64,000 bases of DNA from Glycera tridactyla (GCA_965644265.1 OZ286469.1:50158001-50222000); one strand, 5' to 3'. Positions 50,216-63,327 are shown, counted from the stretch's first letter. The notes: generated by a model from the sequence alone, not told the origin. Numbers and translations are program-made.

Positions 50216-53039
50216 TATAATTCTACTGGGTATTCAAAGATAGATAGTGTCAGCACATTTCACCGGGAGCATCCATGTGCAGAGAATTGACAGTCAAACG
50301 CTGCCTGTTTTCTGTCAGGCCAAAATCATCATGCATTCACCGCTTTGAAGTATCAATGGGTATTTATTCATTCAAGGCCTATCTTTCAATTTTTCGGGAA
50401 CACTTATCGAAGTTCATTGGGTCATCCTTTGGGCACCTAATGGAAGTGGATTCGGATCACATCTGACTCAGGTCATTATTTGTTGCTGATTATGATTTCC
50501 ATCGTATTCTGGGCAATATTTCATGGGCCAGAATCTTGCTAAAGAACCAAAATTGCAAAAGTGGTTGCCCGATGCCCTACAGGATGAAAAAAGAAGAAAA
50601 AAAAATAGCTACCAGAATGGGCATGTCCTTTAGAAACTATGTACTTTGATATGAATATTGATTTACTACTACTAGGATGAGGGTCCAGGGTAAAACTTCA
50701 GAAACAATTATCAGTTATTACATTATGCTGTTCAACCATGCTTCCCTATCAACTATCAAACAAATTTCTGCTGGAAATCTCTCAAATCTATGTATCCATT
50801 GCATACATGCAACAAAATAGGTGAATGTTTAAGTTTCTGGATGGACAAATGCCNNNNNNNNNNNNNNNNNNNNNNNNNNNNNNNNNNNNNNNNNNNNNNN
50901 NNNNNNNNNNNNNNNNNNNNNNNNNNNNNNNNNNNNNNNNNNNNNNNNNNNNNNNNNNNNNNNNNNNNNNNNNNNNNNNNNNNNNNNNNNNNNNNNNNNN
51001 NNNNNNNNNNNNNNNNNNNNNNNNNNNNNNNNNNNNNNNNNNNNNNNNNNNNNNNNNNNNNNNNNNNNNNNNNNNNAATCTCTCTGATTAGTGCCACCTG
51101 ATTATTGCTGAGAAAATGACCTCAAGCCTGCACAGCAGGCAGCCGTCACTCGTGATTTTACTTACGATCTATGCTGCCATCTCTTGAGTGCCCTCTTGTG
51201 ACAGCCATCTGCACTCCCCCTGCAAGTGTTATGTGTATATGTAGAAAGTGTAAAATATGTGTGTAGATATTACTTTCATTGGGGAGAACATGAGAACAAC
51301 AGTGACTAAATCTGTACGAAATCAGCAGGGCATTATGCAACTCCAATGGATGCCTGCCCGAGGTGAAGTGTGAGAGAAACACCCGACCAATTGGCATTAG
51401 ATGTTTCCAATCTGTGCCATCAATTTCAGGCCAATAGCAGAGCCTGGAATGTACACCTGAATTCCAATAGGTGCAGTTCAGGACGAGAAGGGTGGGAAGT
51501 GGAACAATCACAGTTAAAGACGCATGATTTTGGTGCTTGTGGGAAATGCGAAAGTCTGACTAAAGTGCAATATAAAAGGTATTTCCCCGAAATGTTGCAC
51601 CTTTTCTGTGGTTCTGCTCCCGCGTCAGTCACAGACCCTGTGTGCTCAGATAATCATGATCGATAACTCAGGCAAGATGGACGTCGTATGATTTGATCTG
51701 ATTATATCCTTAGAATGAAACAAAACGGGAACAATATGAAAACGGAACAAGATCTGGTCTTATCGCTATCAAGTCGATTCATTTGTGTCCCAAAGACACA
51801 GTGAATCGAGTAGCATGATTGATAAATGAATATTGGTTGCTGATAGTTTCACAAGATTCTATTTGTCCTGACTGCTCCATTTTCTTTTATGTTGAAAAGG
51901 GTAAAAAAAAAACAGAATCGGAGTCTATTCTGAATGTGATTCCTGCTCTGGATTGAAATTGGAATCAGTGATCTCGCTTTATACCACAGAATATCCCACA
52001 CCTGTGAGATATAAATGAATGGGAGATTGGGATGAATGTCTCCTAGCTTCAAAATATCTCAGAGGGTTATGAAAGTTTTGAAAATTTCACCTGGATACTA
52101 TTGCCATATTCAGCTTGATTGAATATGACAATTTTATTCAATAACTATACAATCTTGTTAGAATTTTCTTCCAGTAACATCCCTGTGATTAAAGCTACTG
52201 ACTTCTCCTTTTGTTTTGACTTAAGGGAATTGGTGTGGATTTGAAGCTGATACTGATTCCAGATGTATGTGAAGTCATTCGAACTCATGTAATGTCATAA
52301 AAATTGAAAAAGCTCATGGTGAAGTAAATTTGTCATCTAATTATCATTTTTCATTCTATGCCTACTCCATTTTTGAGCATCACAATGAGCAATTTGAAAC
52401 TTCAAAAGTCTTTGTATCAGGTTTTCACAATTTTTGCAGGCCAAGCATTAACCCATCTGATAGGCATTGGTTCTTGTTTTCACAGACTGAATATTCTGTA
52501 TCACAAATCAGCAGTAGTACCTGTTTGGTATATGGGTGATATCCCACTATTGTTGGCTGTCAATTTCTACTGTCATTATCCTGCTGAGTTGATGATACAG
52601 TCAATGTGGGGTCATTACCATTGCAATCACAAGTGGAGAACCCTTGGTAACTGTTGTGTGTGTACTCAAAGCTAGTTTTTATGCTGAGAAAGCTGCATCC
52701 GGGTTCCCTTTTTTTACTATTGGTAATATTCACAAACATAAGGCCCCTTTGCTTGAACATCAGCACACCCAGAATTGGCCAAAAATAGTTCTTGGTATCA
52801 ACTGTCAAGCAACATGTCATTTTAGCAGAACACCATGGTGTTGTGCTATTAGAACAAGTGGCTTGAGACTTGCGCCACTGAAGAAATATTGTTGATTTTA
52901 TTCCGGTATGCTATGGTTTCTGGAGAAGACCCTAGCATGCGGAAGCATGTGTGCCAGTTCTGGGATGTAAAAAAAATCAGTCCATTGAAAATCCAGGTGA
53001 CAAAATCAGTAGATGTCATATTGACTTAAGAGGCTTCCC

Positions 53040-53389
53040 GTTGCCAAGGTAACGGGGATGTTGTAAGCAAGCACACGATTGGAGCAGGTATGGTGATGAG
53101 AACTAGGGGTAAAACAAATTCAACTTTCAGTAGCTGTGATCGTGTTGAGTGTGTATGATACTTTGTCGAGCGAACGAGTGTGTAAGCGAGAAATCCAGAT
53201 TTTGGATGCTGTACAGAGATCGCTTTTATATTAATCGTAGAGTCTGTCTGTTAGTCGCTTTACTACCTCAAATTATAGAAGAGTACACTATTTATCTATC
53301 TATTTAAAAGAGATTGTGAGAGTAAGAGAGTAAAAAACACAACCGGATTACGGGGTATTTTGTACATAAAAACTACGGGAGAAGTGAGT
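53040..53389 (+). promoter_or_regulatory. Candidate promoter and non-coding first exon of an unidentified downstream gene
   Basis: X-box GTTGCCAAGGTAAC at 53040-53053, a reverse CCAAT (gattgg) about 25 bp downstream, a CpG-containing UTR-like stretch, then the strong donor GAA|GTGAGTA at 53384. No downstream coding exon was identified. Confidence 0.4.
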
Positions 53390-55329
53390 AATGTCTCTCG
53401 TTAGTTTTGGTAGGTCCCTCAAATAATGAACATACTTCCTACAGTAAACAGCAGCTGGTGACCAATAAAATCAGGGACGAACTTGACAGATTTCTGTCTC
53501 TTGAGAGGTATACATTTCCAAAAGTGAAATATTTTCATGAAAGCATGAGGTACCCATTTTTAGGTTTGGAAGCCATCGTCTTGCTGTATTGATACAGTAG
53601 GACATAATTGGATTGAATAACTCTCAGAAACAAATTCATCCATATCTTTTGTCAAATTGGATTGATTTGATGTCTCAATCAATTTTCAGGATTGTTGATT
53701 AGGACTGTAGAGTATAGCGGTGCTGACAAAGATGGAGGTGTACAGGATCTTGTTGCATGTTGCTAAATGGCTTTCTTATCATATCATAGCAATTATCAAC
53801 AAGTTCCAACGCCCAATCTGAACGGCCTCCAGTGACAGAATCGCACCCATACACCTCCAAGTTTCGATAACATTTCAATGAAATGAGATCGCAAGGTCAT
53901 TTCACTGAGCGTTTGGAATACATTGCTGGTACAAGAGGGGAGCAGAATTCAAGTTGCTGCTGGTCTTTGTGGGTGAAAGTGTCCTTGACTGTATATATAA
54001 ACTCTTGACAAATGACAAAAATCATCTTAGTATCTAGAATGTGATCACAAAAGTGATTGTCAATTACTGAATATTTATTTAATGCTAATTAAATGGGTTG
54101 ATATGTACATGACTCCACCGCAAGTTTTTATTATATGCCTGTAAGAACGTCAATATTTCTCAGGCATTGTGTGCCTAATGCACCGGGACCAACTAACTCC
54201 ATGAGCTAGATGGGTAAAATGTTTTGCGGGCGGGCATGTCACATTTCAACCCCCCAATGTCCATGTTGCAATGAATGGCTATTATCGTGGCCTGCTAGAT
54301 TCACGATCGAAGGCCTAATTCCGAGTTTTCCAATGTCGAGCTGCGCGGCTGAGCCGCTAACAGTTCTCGTATTTAATATTTATTTATTATTCTGCATTTC
54401 ACATTTCTTCTCTCCGGGTTTGTGATGTCACATCAGTTTGATGCCCGTTTCATTTATCCAAATTTATTTTGGAAATAAGTGGGAGGGATGAGTGTGGTGT
54501 AAGGCCATCGATGATTACTTATTTATCAATGCCTATTAAGGCTCTGATGGACTCTGTGACTAAACCATTTCTAATCGGAAATGCCATTCCAGATATTTTT
54601 CTTAAGTAGGCATTTCGCTGAGATTTCCGGAATGGTAATTACTTATCTCTGTCGTTGGTATTCCCCACACAGGTCATTCAATGATGTGTGTAGGAAAACC
54701 AACGACACTCTTGAATGTTAGTTGAACTTGGATGTTTGGGTTCTGTCACTGGAAAGCTGCTGTCACGCTGTCTATTTAGAACCCAGTCTTTATGCTGTTA
54801 CATATACCCCTAACTTATTTACCCCCATGGTCCCATTGCTGGCTCTCGACCCATCTCATATGTGACATTACTTTAAAACAAACGGTGCAAATTCTTGACC
54901 ATTTCTCTTACACCATCAATATGTGTGCCTCTTTCAGTAAGACCAAGATAGTGTCAGGAAAATAAATCATTCCACCTCGCTGATAGCGCATAAAAATACC
55001 CTGCTCTGGTAACGTCTTTTCCCCATGAGACCCCGTCATTTGCCGGCTAAGCTCGTCATTTACCCTTCATGCTGGACTTAGATGAAGATAAATGTAAAGC
55101 CTGGATAAGCGGGCATTTGTCAGGAGTGAATTGGTATGGCAAAGATGAGTGCAAGCATAGCAGATGAGTGAATTTCAATTTTTTTGTAGTATAACATAAT
55201 TATACAAGAAAGACTTGGTAAAAATGTAATACCATCCCGTGCCAGTCAGAGTCTTAAATGTTTGTCATGCTTGATTTTCATTATGCATGAGGATGGATTA
55301 TGTGATGTTATCAGTCAGAATTGGGTCAG

Positions 55330-55458
55330 GTGTCACTATAGATACCAACTGTTGCTATAGAGTGTCACCATAGTTACCAAGTGACACCATAGTTACTGAG
55401 TGACACCATAGTTACCAAGTGTCACCATAGATACCAAGTGTTACTACATAGATTACCA
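55330..55458. repeat. 19-bp tandem repeat, about 6.5 copies, with RFX X-box-like units
   Basis: Consensus GTGWCACCATAGWTACCAA. Units start at 55330, 55362, 55381, 55400, 55419 and 55438, with a truncated unit at 55349. Confidence 0.85.
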
Positions 55459-57038
55459 GCATCAGTATCCCAATGAGTGCATGAATGAGTGAACTGTGCA
55501 TTCCAGGGATAATATGAGTCAAGACCTCATTGTGCATCTGAGTCCAGGCTGTCACCATGGAGACAGTGTGTACTCATGGTTTGCAAGTTGCCAGAGGTCC
55601 AACCAAAATGCAGGGAAGATCATCTTTGGAGTTCACTCCATTAATCTGTGACTAATACCAAAGCCAGAACAATTGAAACATCCGATGTGTGCGCTTTAAC
55701 TCGAACGTCACGTTCAAAACAAGCGGCGGACGTGATTCTGTATGTATGCCTGTGTGTGTGTGTGTGAGGTTGTGTGTGTGTGCATGCTCTTGTGGTTACT
55801 TTGGGTTCTCCCACTTGTGTGTTTACCTTTCTCAACTCATCCATTCATTCTTGCTGTATTGCCATGCAAAAAAAAAAAACAGTTCAATTTTTTATTTGTA
55901 GTGAGTTCATTTCAATGCCATATTGTATCATTCAACCGATGCGAATGTGTGCTTTGCTGATGTTGTTGGACAGAAGAGATTATATCCTGATGGAGCCTTC
56001 ATATTGCATGATGTGATTTAAGTAATAAGTGAAATGATTTAATTATGCCTGCCGTCACACACGCAGAGCTGCAAATGATTTTTTTCGTTCCCCCTAGCTA
56101 CACTTTCACGGACCCCTCAGATGTCATCATAACTCATGAATGCATGTAACCGTGGAATTCTTTTGGGAACTTGTAATGGGCTTGCACTGATTGGCCTATT
56201 TGCTAGCCACTGCATACTCATCAAGCGATTTCAAAATAAGACAGGAAGAGAGCAAGAAAAGAATTTTCAAATCTTCAGGTTTCAAACCTAGGTCTTCTAA
56301 TCCTAATAGCCTTCGTAGTAAGCTGCACTTGCCCTACATTCTACAGAAATGCCCACGAAAATTGTCTCTTTCATCCTTTGGTGACGAAATATTATCCAGT
56401 CTGCTTTCTCATCTTTGGTTGTTAGCCTTTTCATATAGCTGGTCAATTTCTTGAAAGATTGAATTTGTATGTTCTTTATTCCATCATGTCTTTTGGGCCA
56501 GGAACTTCATTAAGAACATATTTTGACTTGGTGAACTCTCTGTGCTGCAGGATGGGTCATTGCATGCAGTCAGAAATGAACTATAATCAGAAACTGAAAG
56601 TTGGGTCAATTATTCAAGATTATGGATGGCATATTTGACCGCGCTATTTGAAGGGTTCTATTTCATGGAAGTTGAATGGCACACATGAACATCCAGACCC
56701 CTTGATGAAATACACTTTTGACTATTTGTGCTTCTCATGGAAAAGATCTATTCCCCAAATGATAGGCCAAGCTTTGGTTACCATCTGCAAGCATATAAGC
56801 TTAAGAATATACTAATCACATTATTTTTCATCTCATTTTGGTAAAAATCACTGCTATGTGATCTTTGATTTTGAGGAAGAAGTTTGGATGACTAGGGACA
56901 TGTTTTTGTCGGCTCTGATGTTCATTGTGTGAAAATGGTGATTTTTATAGTGGCAAGATTGGTCTTGTTCTCAAGCTCACTTCTCTTCTTGAAGGTTTTG
57001 ACACACGCATGCATGCACACATGCACGCAGCTGCGTGG

Positions 57039-57039
<1 letters not shown>

Positions 57040-57082
<43 letters not shown>

Positions 57083-57085
57083 ACA
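57040..57085. repeat. (CA)n microsatellite
   Basis: Directly visible. Confidence 0.95.
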
Positions 57086-58268
57086 TCAGAAGGGAGGGAG
57101 GGAGGAATGTTTGAGTGGTAGGCGTGAGCATATAAGGAATGCTATAATAATTGTTCTGGTATATAATAGTGAGGTTAGTCGGAGGTCATACTGGCCTTGT
57201 GTGGTGTTCAAGTGGTTGGAGCGGGTCGTGTCCCGAGTCACAATCAGACCTCAGCCACTGGGTCATTATCGTCAGTAGCCCGAGGATGGCCAAGTTGCCC
57301 GAGGGCTCCTCCAGATCACAGATACAGCGGCCAAGAAGGTCTGACTGCACATTTGGCCCTTTTGGCTATGGGTCAAATTCGGGGGACCATTTCACTGAGA
57401 TATACTCCTGAAATGTAACAGATGGTGTCATGAATGGTAGCAGCTGAAAGTTACTTCTGACTTGAGTCCATCTATAAGTTAGTGTAAAGGGCCTTAGTTC
57501 ATATGTACCTTATAAATGTATTCCTGACTTGGCTCTGTGACCATGTTACTGATTGGGGCATAAATGGTAAGATCTATGGTAGGGGTACTAGCAACAATCC
57601 TTTAGTACTGACCCCTGGGTCAGATCTAGGATTAGCCTTGGTAACCTTTTCACAGGATCAATGATCTCCTGGCCATGCATTCAATCCTCTACGTAGTCTG
57701 ATGGCACATTTGGGTGATGTAATTTTTTTCCCGACACATAATTCAAGAGTTTCATTCCATTCACCCACTCGGCTTGTTTGCTGAAGTGCTCTGAACAAAA
57801 TGAGATATTGGAAAGGAAATCACGGTTTAAAAAAAATCAAGTGGGTATCAAATAACGAAATCGAATTGTAATTTCCTTCACAATTGCTGCTGCCTGATTG
57901 AAGGAAAAAGGCGGCTCAAATGTCAACAAATTATTAGACAGTTGAAGGGGGAGCCACGGCATTCACTCATTCAAGTGACTGCTGTTGATTTTGCCATTCT
58001 TTCTGGTCGATACCGTGCCTTTCACAGTCCTCCATGACCGGATGAATGAAAATAATCCTGTTGGATGCCTCGGGCAGCGAGCGAATCCAGTCATCGGCTT
58101 CCATCTCACCGAGAGCTCTCTTGCTTCCATCTCTGTTTAGCACAAGCACTTGGCAAAAAATTCAAATTACCAGCTCTGCCCTAGATAGGCCACTGACTAT
58201 GAGTGTCATGAGAGATATGCTTGACTCGTCACAATGTAGACATCCTTTAATGTCATGTGATTGGGCTT

Positions 58269-58336
58269 GTGGCTTCTGTGAAGTTCAAAAAGTGGCTTCT
58301 GTGAAGTTCAAAAAGTGGCTTCTGTGAAGTTCAAAA
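58269..58336. repeat. 23-bp tandem repeat x3
   Basis: GTGGCTTCTGTGAAGTTCAAAAA occurs three times; the third copy is one A short. Confidence 0.92.
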
Positions 58337-61227
58337 TGGTTACTGGTTCTTGCACTTTGGTTAGAGGTTGGAGGTATTGCCATGAGTTCAGAGCTTACCA
58401 ACGTCTGCCTTCGAAAGAGTTCCAAGCCTATGAAGTGAGGGGAGGGGGGGGGGGGGGGGGGAGATACAGTCTCATCTGTGCTCATTCATTCCAGACCATT
58501 TCACACCTGAACCAAATTTGTGATATAAAGACCAGTCTGAGATTCTTGGCATCACTCCCACCCTGTGTGCCTCCTCCAACCCCTTCAATCATCATGTTGG
58601 TTAGCCTTGGGATGAAGTACCAATCTTTTAGAACATGAAAATTGTCACTACCACTGTCACACCTTGAAACGTCATGAAAGTCAGTAAATCATCAAAAAAA
58701 CTGCACAACTTATAGTCTATTTACTTGACCGAAAAATCAGGCTCCATTTAATTCTGATGGAGGCTGAGGTTGAGATGAAGTGGAGAGACTAGGGAACTCC
58801 TTAGTTCATGGGACCTCAAGCCAGGATGCACCAGACTTTGATATGTTCTCGCATTCATATTCAAATGTGTTCAAACCTCTACTGAAACATCCTGTGATAT
58901 TTGGGAAAAAATATGCAGTTAGTCTCAGCTCGTATTGCATCTCAATAGGAGCTGAGAGGAACTTCATTTTTTGGTGGCTAAGAATTGATTTTTTTAATTC
59001 TTTTTTTGTTGTTGATATTTATCTGTTGAGATTTTGCCTCATATTTTGGGTCTGCGAGAGCATGTCTTGGTACTGGTGCATTCTTCTGGTCAGCGTCATC
59101 TTGTGTTCAGGGTTTGTGAGAGTGAGAACATCTACCTTTCATTGACCTGGAACACACGCATACATAATCTTCTAGATTGATACATGCCGTTAGACCACAA
59201 ACAAACAGACAAACAAACAAACTTCGTGTCCAAGATCTATCATTCTCTGAATACCCGTCACCATTGGATTATCTTCCTTGAGGTGTTCTCTGCAATTGAA
59301 TCTAAATTTGTCACTGAAATGATTACTTCTGGCTTCACATAGAATCAACCTAAATTGACCATGTCAACCACTGCCAGTTGATTTCAGAAATGTAAGAAGT
59401 CAGGGGGAATAGAAGTCGAGTGCAAATCAGTTTGGATGATCTTTTTCATGTCTCTCTTGCTCTCTTTCCTTTAGATGCAGATCAATTAGAAATTGTGTAA
59501 GAATTATTTAAAGTGAATGGAAAATAGATGCTTGTTTGATTCATGTTTCGAGAATGAATGTTTCTGTCGTCAGTCCATCATTAGAAGCATTTTGACGAAA
59601 GGATTGATCGCAGGGTTCTTCTCTTATTCGATATAAACCACTATGTTGCATGTACGTTGAGAATTAACTTCACCAAGACACACTTACACATATGCTGATC
59701 CACTGTGTCTCGTTCAAACGGGTACACGCATCGCAATCGATTTTGAGCGGCTCAAAGTCGCATGATTTTATTACTACTGGTTGGTTTTTGAGAAAAGGCA
59801 ATCAGGATTATGTTGTTTTTACTTTCTTTATGTACAGCTTACCGAGCAACTCTTGTGTGTATGTATGTATGTAAGTATGTATGTATGTGTATAGTACATG
59901 TGCTCATGTCAAATGTTCATGCAAGTTCAGATGACTCATCTTCCCGATTCTCTGGGAAGATATGGCATCTGCAGCAGTCATATTGTGATGTCTACGATCA
60001 TCCTGGATTTCTCCTGCCTTTGGTCCAGGGAGTTCAGTTCAGTTCAGTTCACTCCGGTACATGATTAAACTGAATGTCGGTGAAATTAACCCACCCCATC
60101 ACTTTCATCCCTCACTTGCTTGGCATTTGCGCCTTTCCATCCAGTTCATAAGGCAGGAATGACAAGATGTTGGACTACACTTCCAATTTCTCCAGTTATA
60201 CTCGGCTGATGTGTCAGTCATAACTGGGTATCGAGTTATTTGACTAGATAGCCTCACTCTTTATGTGTCCACTCCAACCTAGTTTTCTCAGGTGGACGTT
60301 GGAATGAGTGGATTTGATGTTTATGTCATGTATTTGCCATTACTTTTAATTTTGGGGTGAAACAAGCTGATCATCACTTCCTATGTGGTTGCTGTAAGTG
60401 ATGAGAAATGGGAAGATTATTGAACACACCGAATTGGTTTATTCTTAAACTGGTATTGAGTGTTCTCTCACACAATAGATAAACATGAGAAATAAATACT
60501 TGTGAGGCATTGTTGATCCATATCTCAGCATAAAATGTTGAGATTCAATACTCTTCTGCTTTCCCCGCCAAACGAGATTGCCATATTTCCAATGGGCATT
60601 TGGTACTGGGCCAAAAACTGGGCAAGTAACAAATGTATGGTAGGAAGGGATTACTTTGGTACCCCAACCTTTTGAGTCGAAGTTTGGTGCCGGGTGTGTG
60701 ATTGAAAGCAGAGATGTCTTGACAAGCACTGCCACTTTCAGAAATCTTCAGCACACACCGACCATGTGTCCATGTTGTAGCCCTGTAATAATGATGCATA
60801 CATTTGTACTTAAAAATATATTTTTTCTTGCACTGCGATCATCATAGTTTGTGCCATCTGCTGGGTTTAAAATAGGAAACATCACTAATCTCTCGGTGAA
60901 AAGTCTCCGGCATCGGAGGCTAATTGGAGGATTAGCTCTCACAGATATCGTAGTTATGTAATTCAGTCACTTTAAATTCATTTGAAGTTTTATTTAAATC
61001 AATTCATTTGATTAGTAGGAGTGTATTCTCTCAGCCATGCTTGATTTAGCTGGTAATGCTGGTGTCTTCGTGATATTCTCTTATCCTACCTGTTTCAGTG
61101 TGAAAGCAATTTTGAAAATAATCATTTTCATGTTGAAGCAACCTCGAAATATTCACCTGTCAAGCATCAATGATGCGACAACCCCCTCCCCGATTGACGG
61201 AACGGAATATTGTAGTTTGAAAATGAG

Positions 61228-61241
61228 ACCCTAGATGGCGC
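61228..61241 (+). promoter_or_regulatory. CTCF-like motif
   Basis: ACCCTAGATGGCGC versus the CTCF core CCACTAGATGGCGC (12/14). Confidence 0.4.
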
Positions 61242-61815
61242 AGTGATGATCACAGACATTTGCGCTGTGCAGCTGAGGTAGGCCCACAAGATACAGACTA
61301 TATCTGAGGCGCTCTTCACTGAAACGTAATGGTACCCCATGACACTGGTTCCATACATGTGATGCTATGATGATGGGATGCCACTTCACTTTTTGTGAAA
61401 TTGACCATGTCTGGTGTCTTGGGCCATCTGCCAAGACATTGTTTCCATCATCAAAACAAACAAAAGAGTCTGTATATACATTTTCTCATATTATTCATTG
61501 TTCATATGTTCTCATTGGAGAAACGAAAAATAAAATTCTATTTCATGTACTTCTGTGTTTGTGTTTGTTAAACCATTGAGGCTCATATGTCATCATACCT
61601 ATGTGGAGTGCATAGAGGCGTAGATGGACTGTCAGCTACTGCCACTTAACAACCTTTCTGGTTCCCACCATCTTGTGTTTGGGGTTTGTGAGACTGATGT
61701 TTGCAGGGGACAGCGCATCCAGTTTCTACAGGCCAGGAATAGACAGCATACTTTCGGATTGGTGCATGCTGTTTAAACCTCTACCAAGCCATATGCGTCC
61801 CAGGCACTTGATCCT

Positions 61816-61860
61816 GAGAGAGAGAGGGAGAGAGAGAGAGAGACAGAGAGACAGAGAGAC

Positions 61861-61893
<33 letters not shown>

Positions 61894-61899
61894 GAGAGA
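61816..61899. repeat. Compound (GA)n/(GAGACA)n microsatellite
   Basis: Directly visible. Confidence 0.93.
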
Positions 61900-62346
61900 T
61901 CATCATATCAAATGGACCCACATTTTAAGTCCCTTTCCAATGGTAGGCTGGCTCATTGAACCTGCTTGGGACCACCTCGCTACAAAGGCCACCTGCTTGA
62001 AGACATCAGAAGGGCTGGTTGCACCACATGCTGTGAAGCATTGCTCTGTACTCAAGTGTAAGCCTCCAGCTAATTACCTAACAGAAATGACATCTTGAGT
62101 GTCTGTGAATTTCAAACATTTTCACCTCCCATTGTGGAACCTGGAGGAAGAGTCTTGAATGAGCCTACCCATGTCCATTGCATGGGCATCACAATATAGC
62201 ACATTTGGTGCTGATTCGTTGAAGCAGAACCAACCAACCAGCTACTGACAAGCATATTCCACCAAATGGTTCATTGTTATCGGATATAGCTTGAGGTGTG
62301 TCTGAACCCACAGATACTTAATGATAACCTTTCTGGGACCCATTGA

Positions 62347-62517
62347 TAACAGAAATGACACCTTGGGTGTATGTGAATTTCATAAGTGTTCACTTCCCGT
62401 TGGGGACTCCGAAGGAGGAGTCTTGAATGAGCCCACCCATGCCCATTCTGGCCATTGCATGGGCGTCACAATATAGCGACAGTGGAGCTGACGTGACGTT
62501 AAACCAGACCCAACCAA
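62347..62517 (+). repeat. Dispersed SINE-like repeat (other copies at 62079-62240 and 7286-7398)
   Basis: The shared core ggaggaRgagtc..gaatga.cc.acccatgYccattgcatgggcRtcacaatatagc...ttRaa.cagaMccaRYcaa occurs three times in the same orientation. The SINE assignment is an inference from the simple-repeat-like 3' tail; no tRNA head was identified. Confidence 0.7.
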
Positions 62518-62829
62518 ATCATCATGTGTTCAGGTTTTATAAGGATGACGCCAGCAGGGGACAGAGCAGCCAGCTTTCATGGATAAGGAACATGTAATAC
62601 CTTGGGTAGATAAATGCAGTTCAAACTTCAACCAATCAATCAATAATGAAACGCTGGGCAACACTGCTATCTCCAGAGGCGAATCCCAGCTGAGACTGAA
62701 TAAAGGCTGTAATTTATTGGACCGTATTAGTATTTTCAACAGTAAATGACCTCTACAGAGGCCAAAGGTGGCCTCCGTATCGACCAAAGCCTACGAACAG
62801 CCTTCGATTTCGAGCCAGGCTCCTAATTA

Positions 62830-63011
62830 CAGTTGAACCTCCTCTAAAGACCACCTCTCTATAAAGACCACCTCCTTATGAAGGTCACCCTGAGCTGCGA
62901 CCATTGTGGTATTTTCAACAGTAATTGACCCCTCTATAAAGACCAACTCCCTATAAAGGCCACCACACTTTTTATGCGACCGGAGGCGGTCTTTATAGTG
63001 AGTTTCGACTG
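62830..63011. mobile_element. MITE family A
   Basis: TA|CAGTTGAACCTCCTCTAAAGACCACC ... GTTTCGACTG|TA. Confidence 0.88.
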
Positions 63012-63327
63012 TACTTGTATCGCTGGCCTTTGCCGACCATCTATATGCATCACTACGTACGGACAGTTGGAGCTTTCATGTTATTTTCAGTATGGAATTT
63101 CGGTTGAGCTATCTGAACCAACTGCTCCTACAACCTGGATCCTACTGCATTCAAGAAATTTAGGAGAAAAAAGAAATTAATGAGGAAGTGGCGATTTTTA
63201 GATGAATTAATTTAGTTATAATCGGATGTATAATCATATCATATCATCCTCACTACATACTCAACCCATCTCCATCGTCATCTTCATCTGTCAATGTTTG
63301 CCTTCATTGTGCTCGTAGTTGAATATA

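Larger units (their letters stand above)
3154..51076. other. Eleven N-blocks (139-257 nt): 3154-3410, 4999-5137, 8373-8529, 11457-11694, 19000-19209, 19530-19739, 25612-25816, 26339-26509, 41160-41349, 41511-41695, 50854-51076
   Basis: Directly visible. Sizes vary and several blocks are flanked by CA/GT/GA low-complexity sequence, suggesting masked or uncalled simple repeats rather than fixed-size scaffold gaps. Confidence 0.9.

Noticed and set aside
57193-57241. tRNA or tRNA-derived SINE head (A-box-like TGGTGTTCAAGTGGTTGGAGCG); also an isolated B-box GGTTCAAATCC at 40160
   Set aside because: Neither site has a cloverleaf or an intact, properly spaced A+B box pair.
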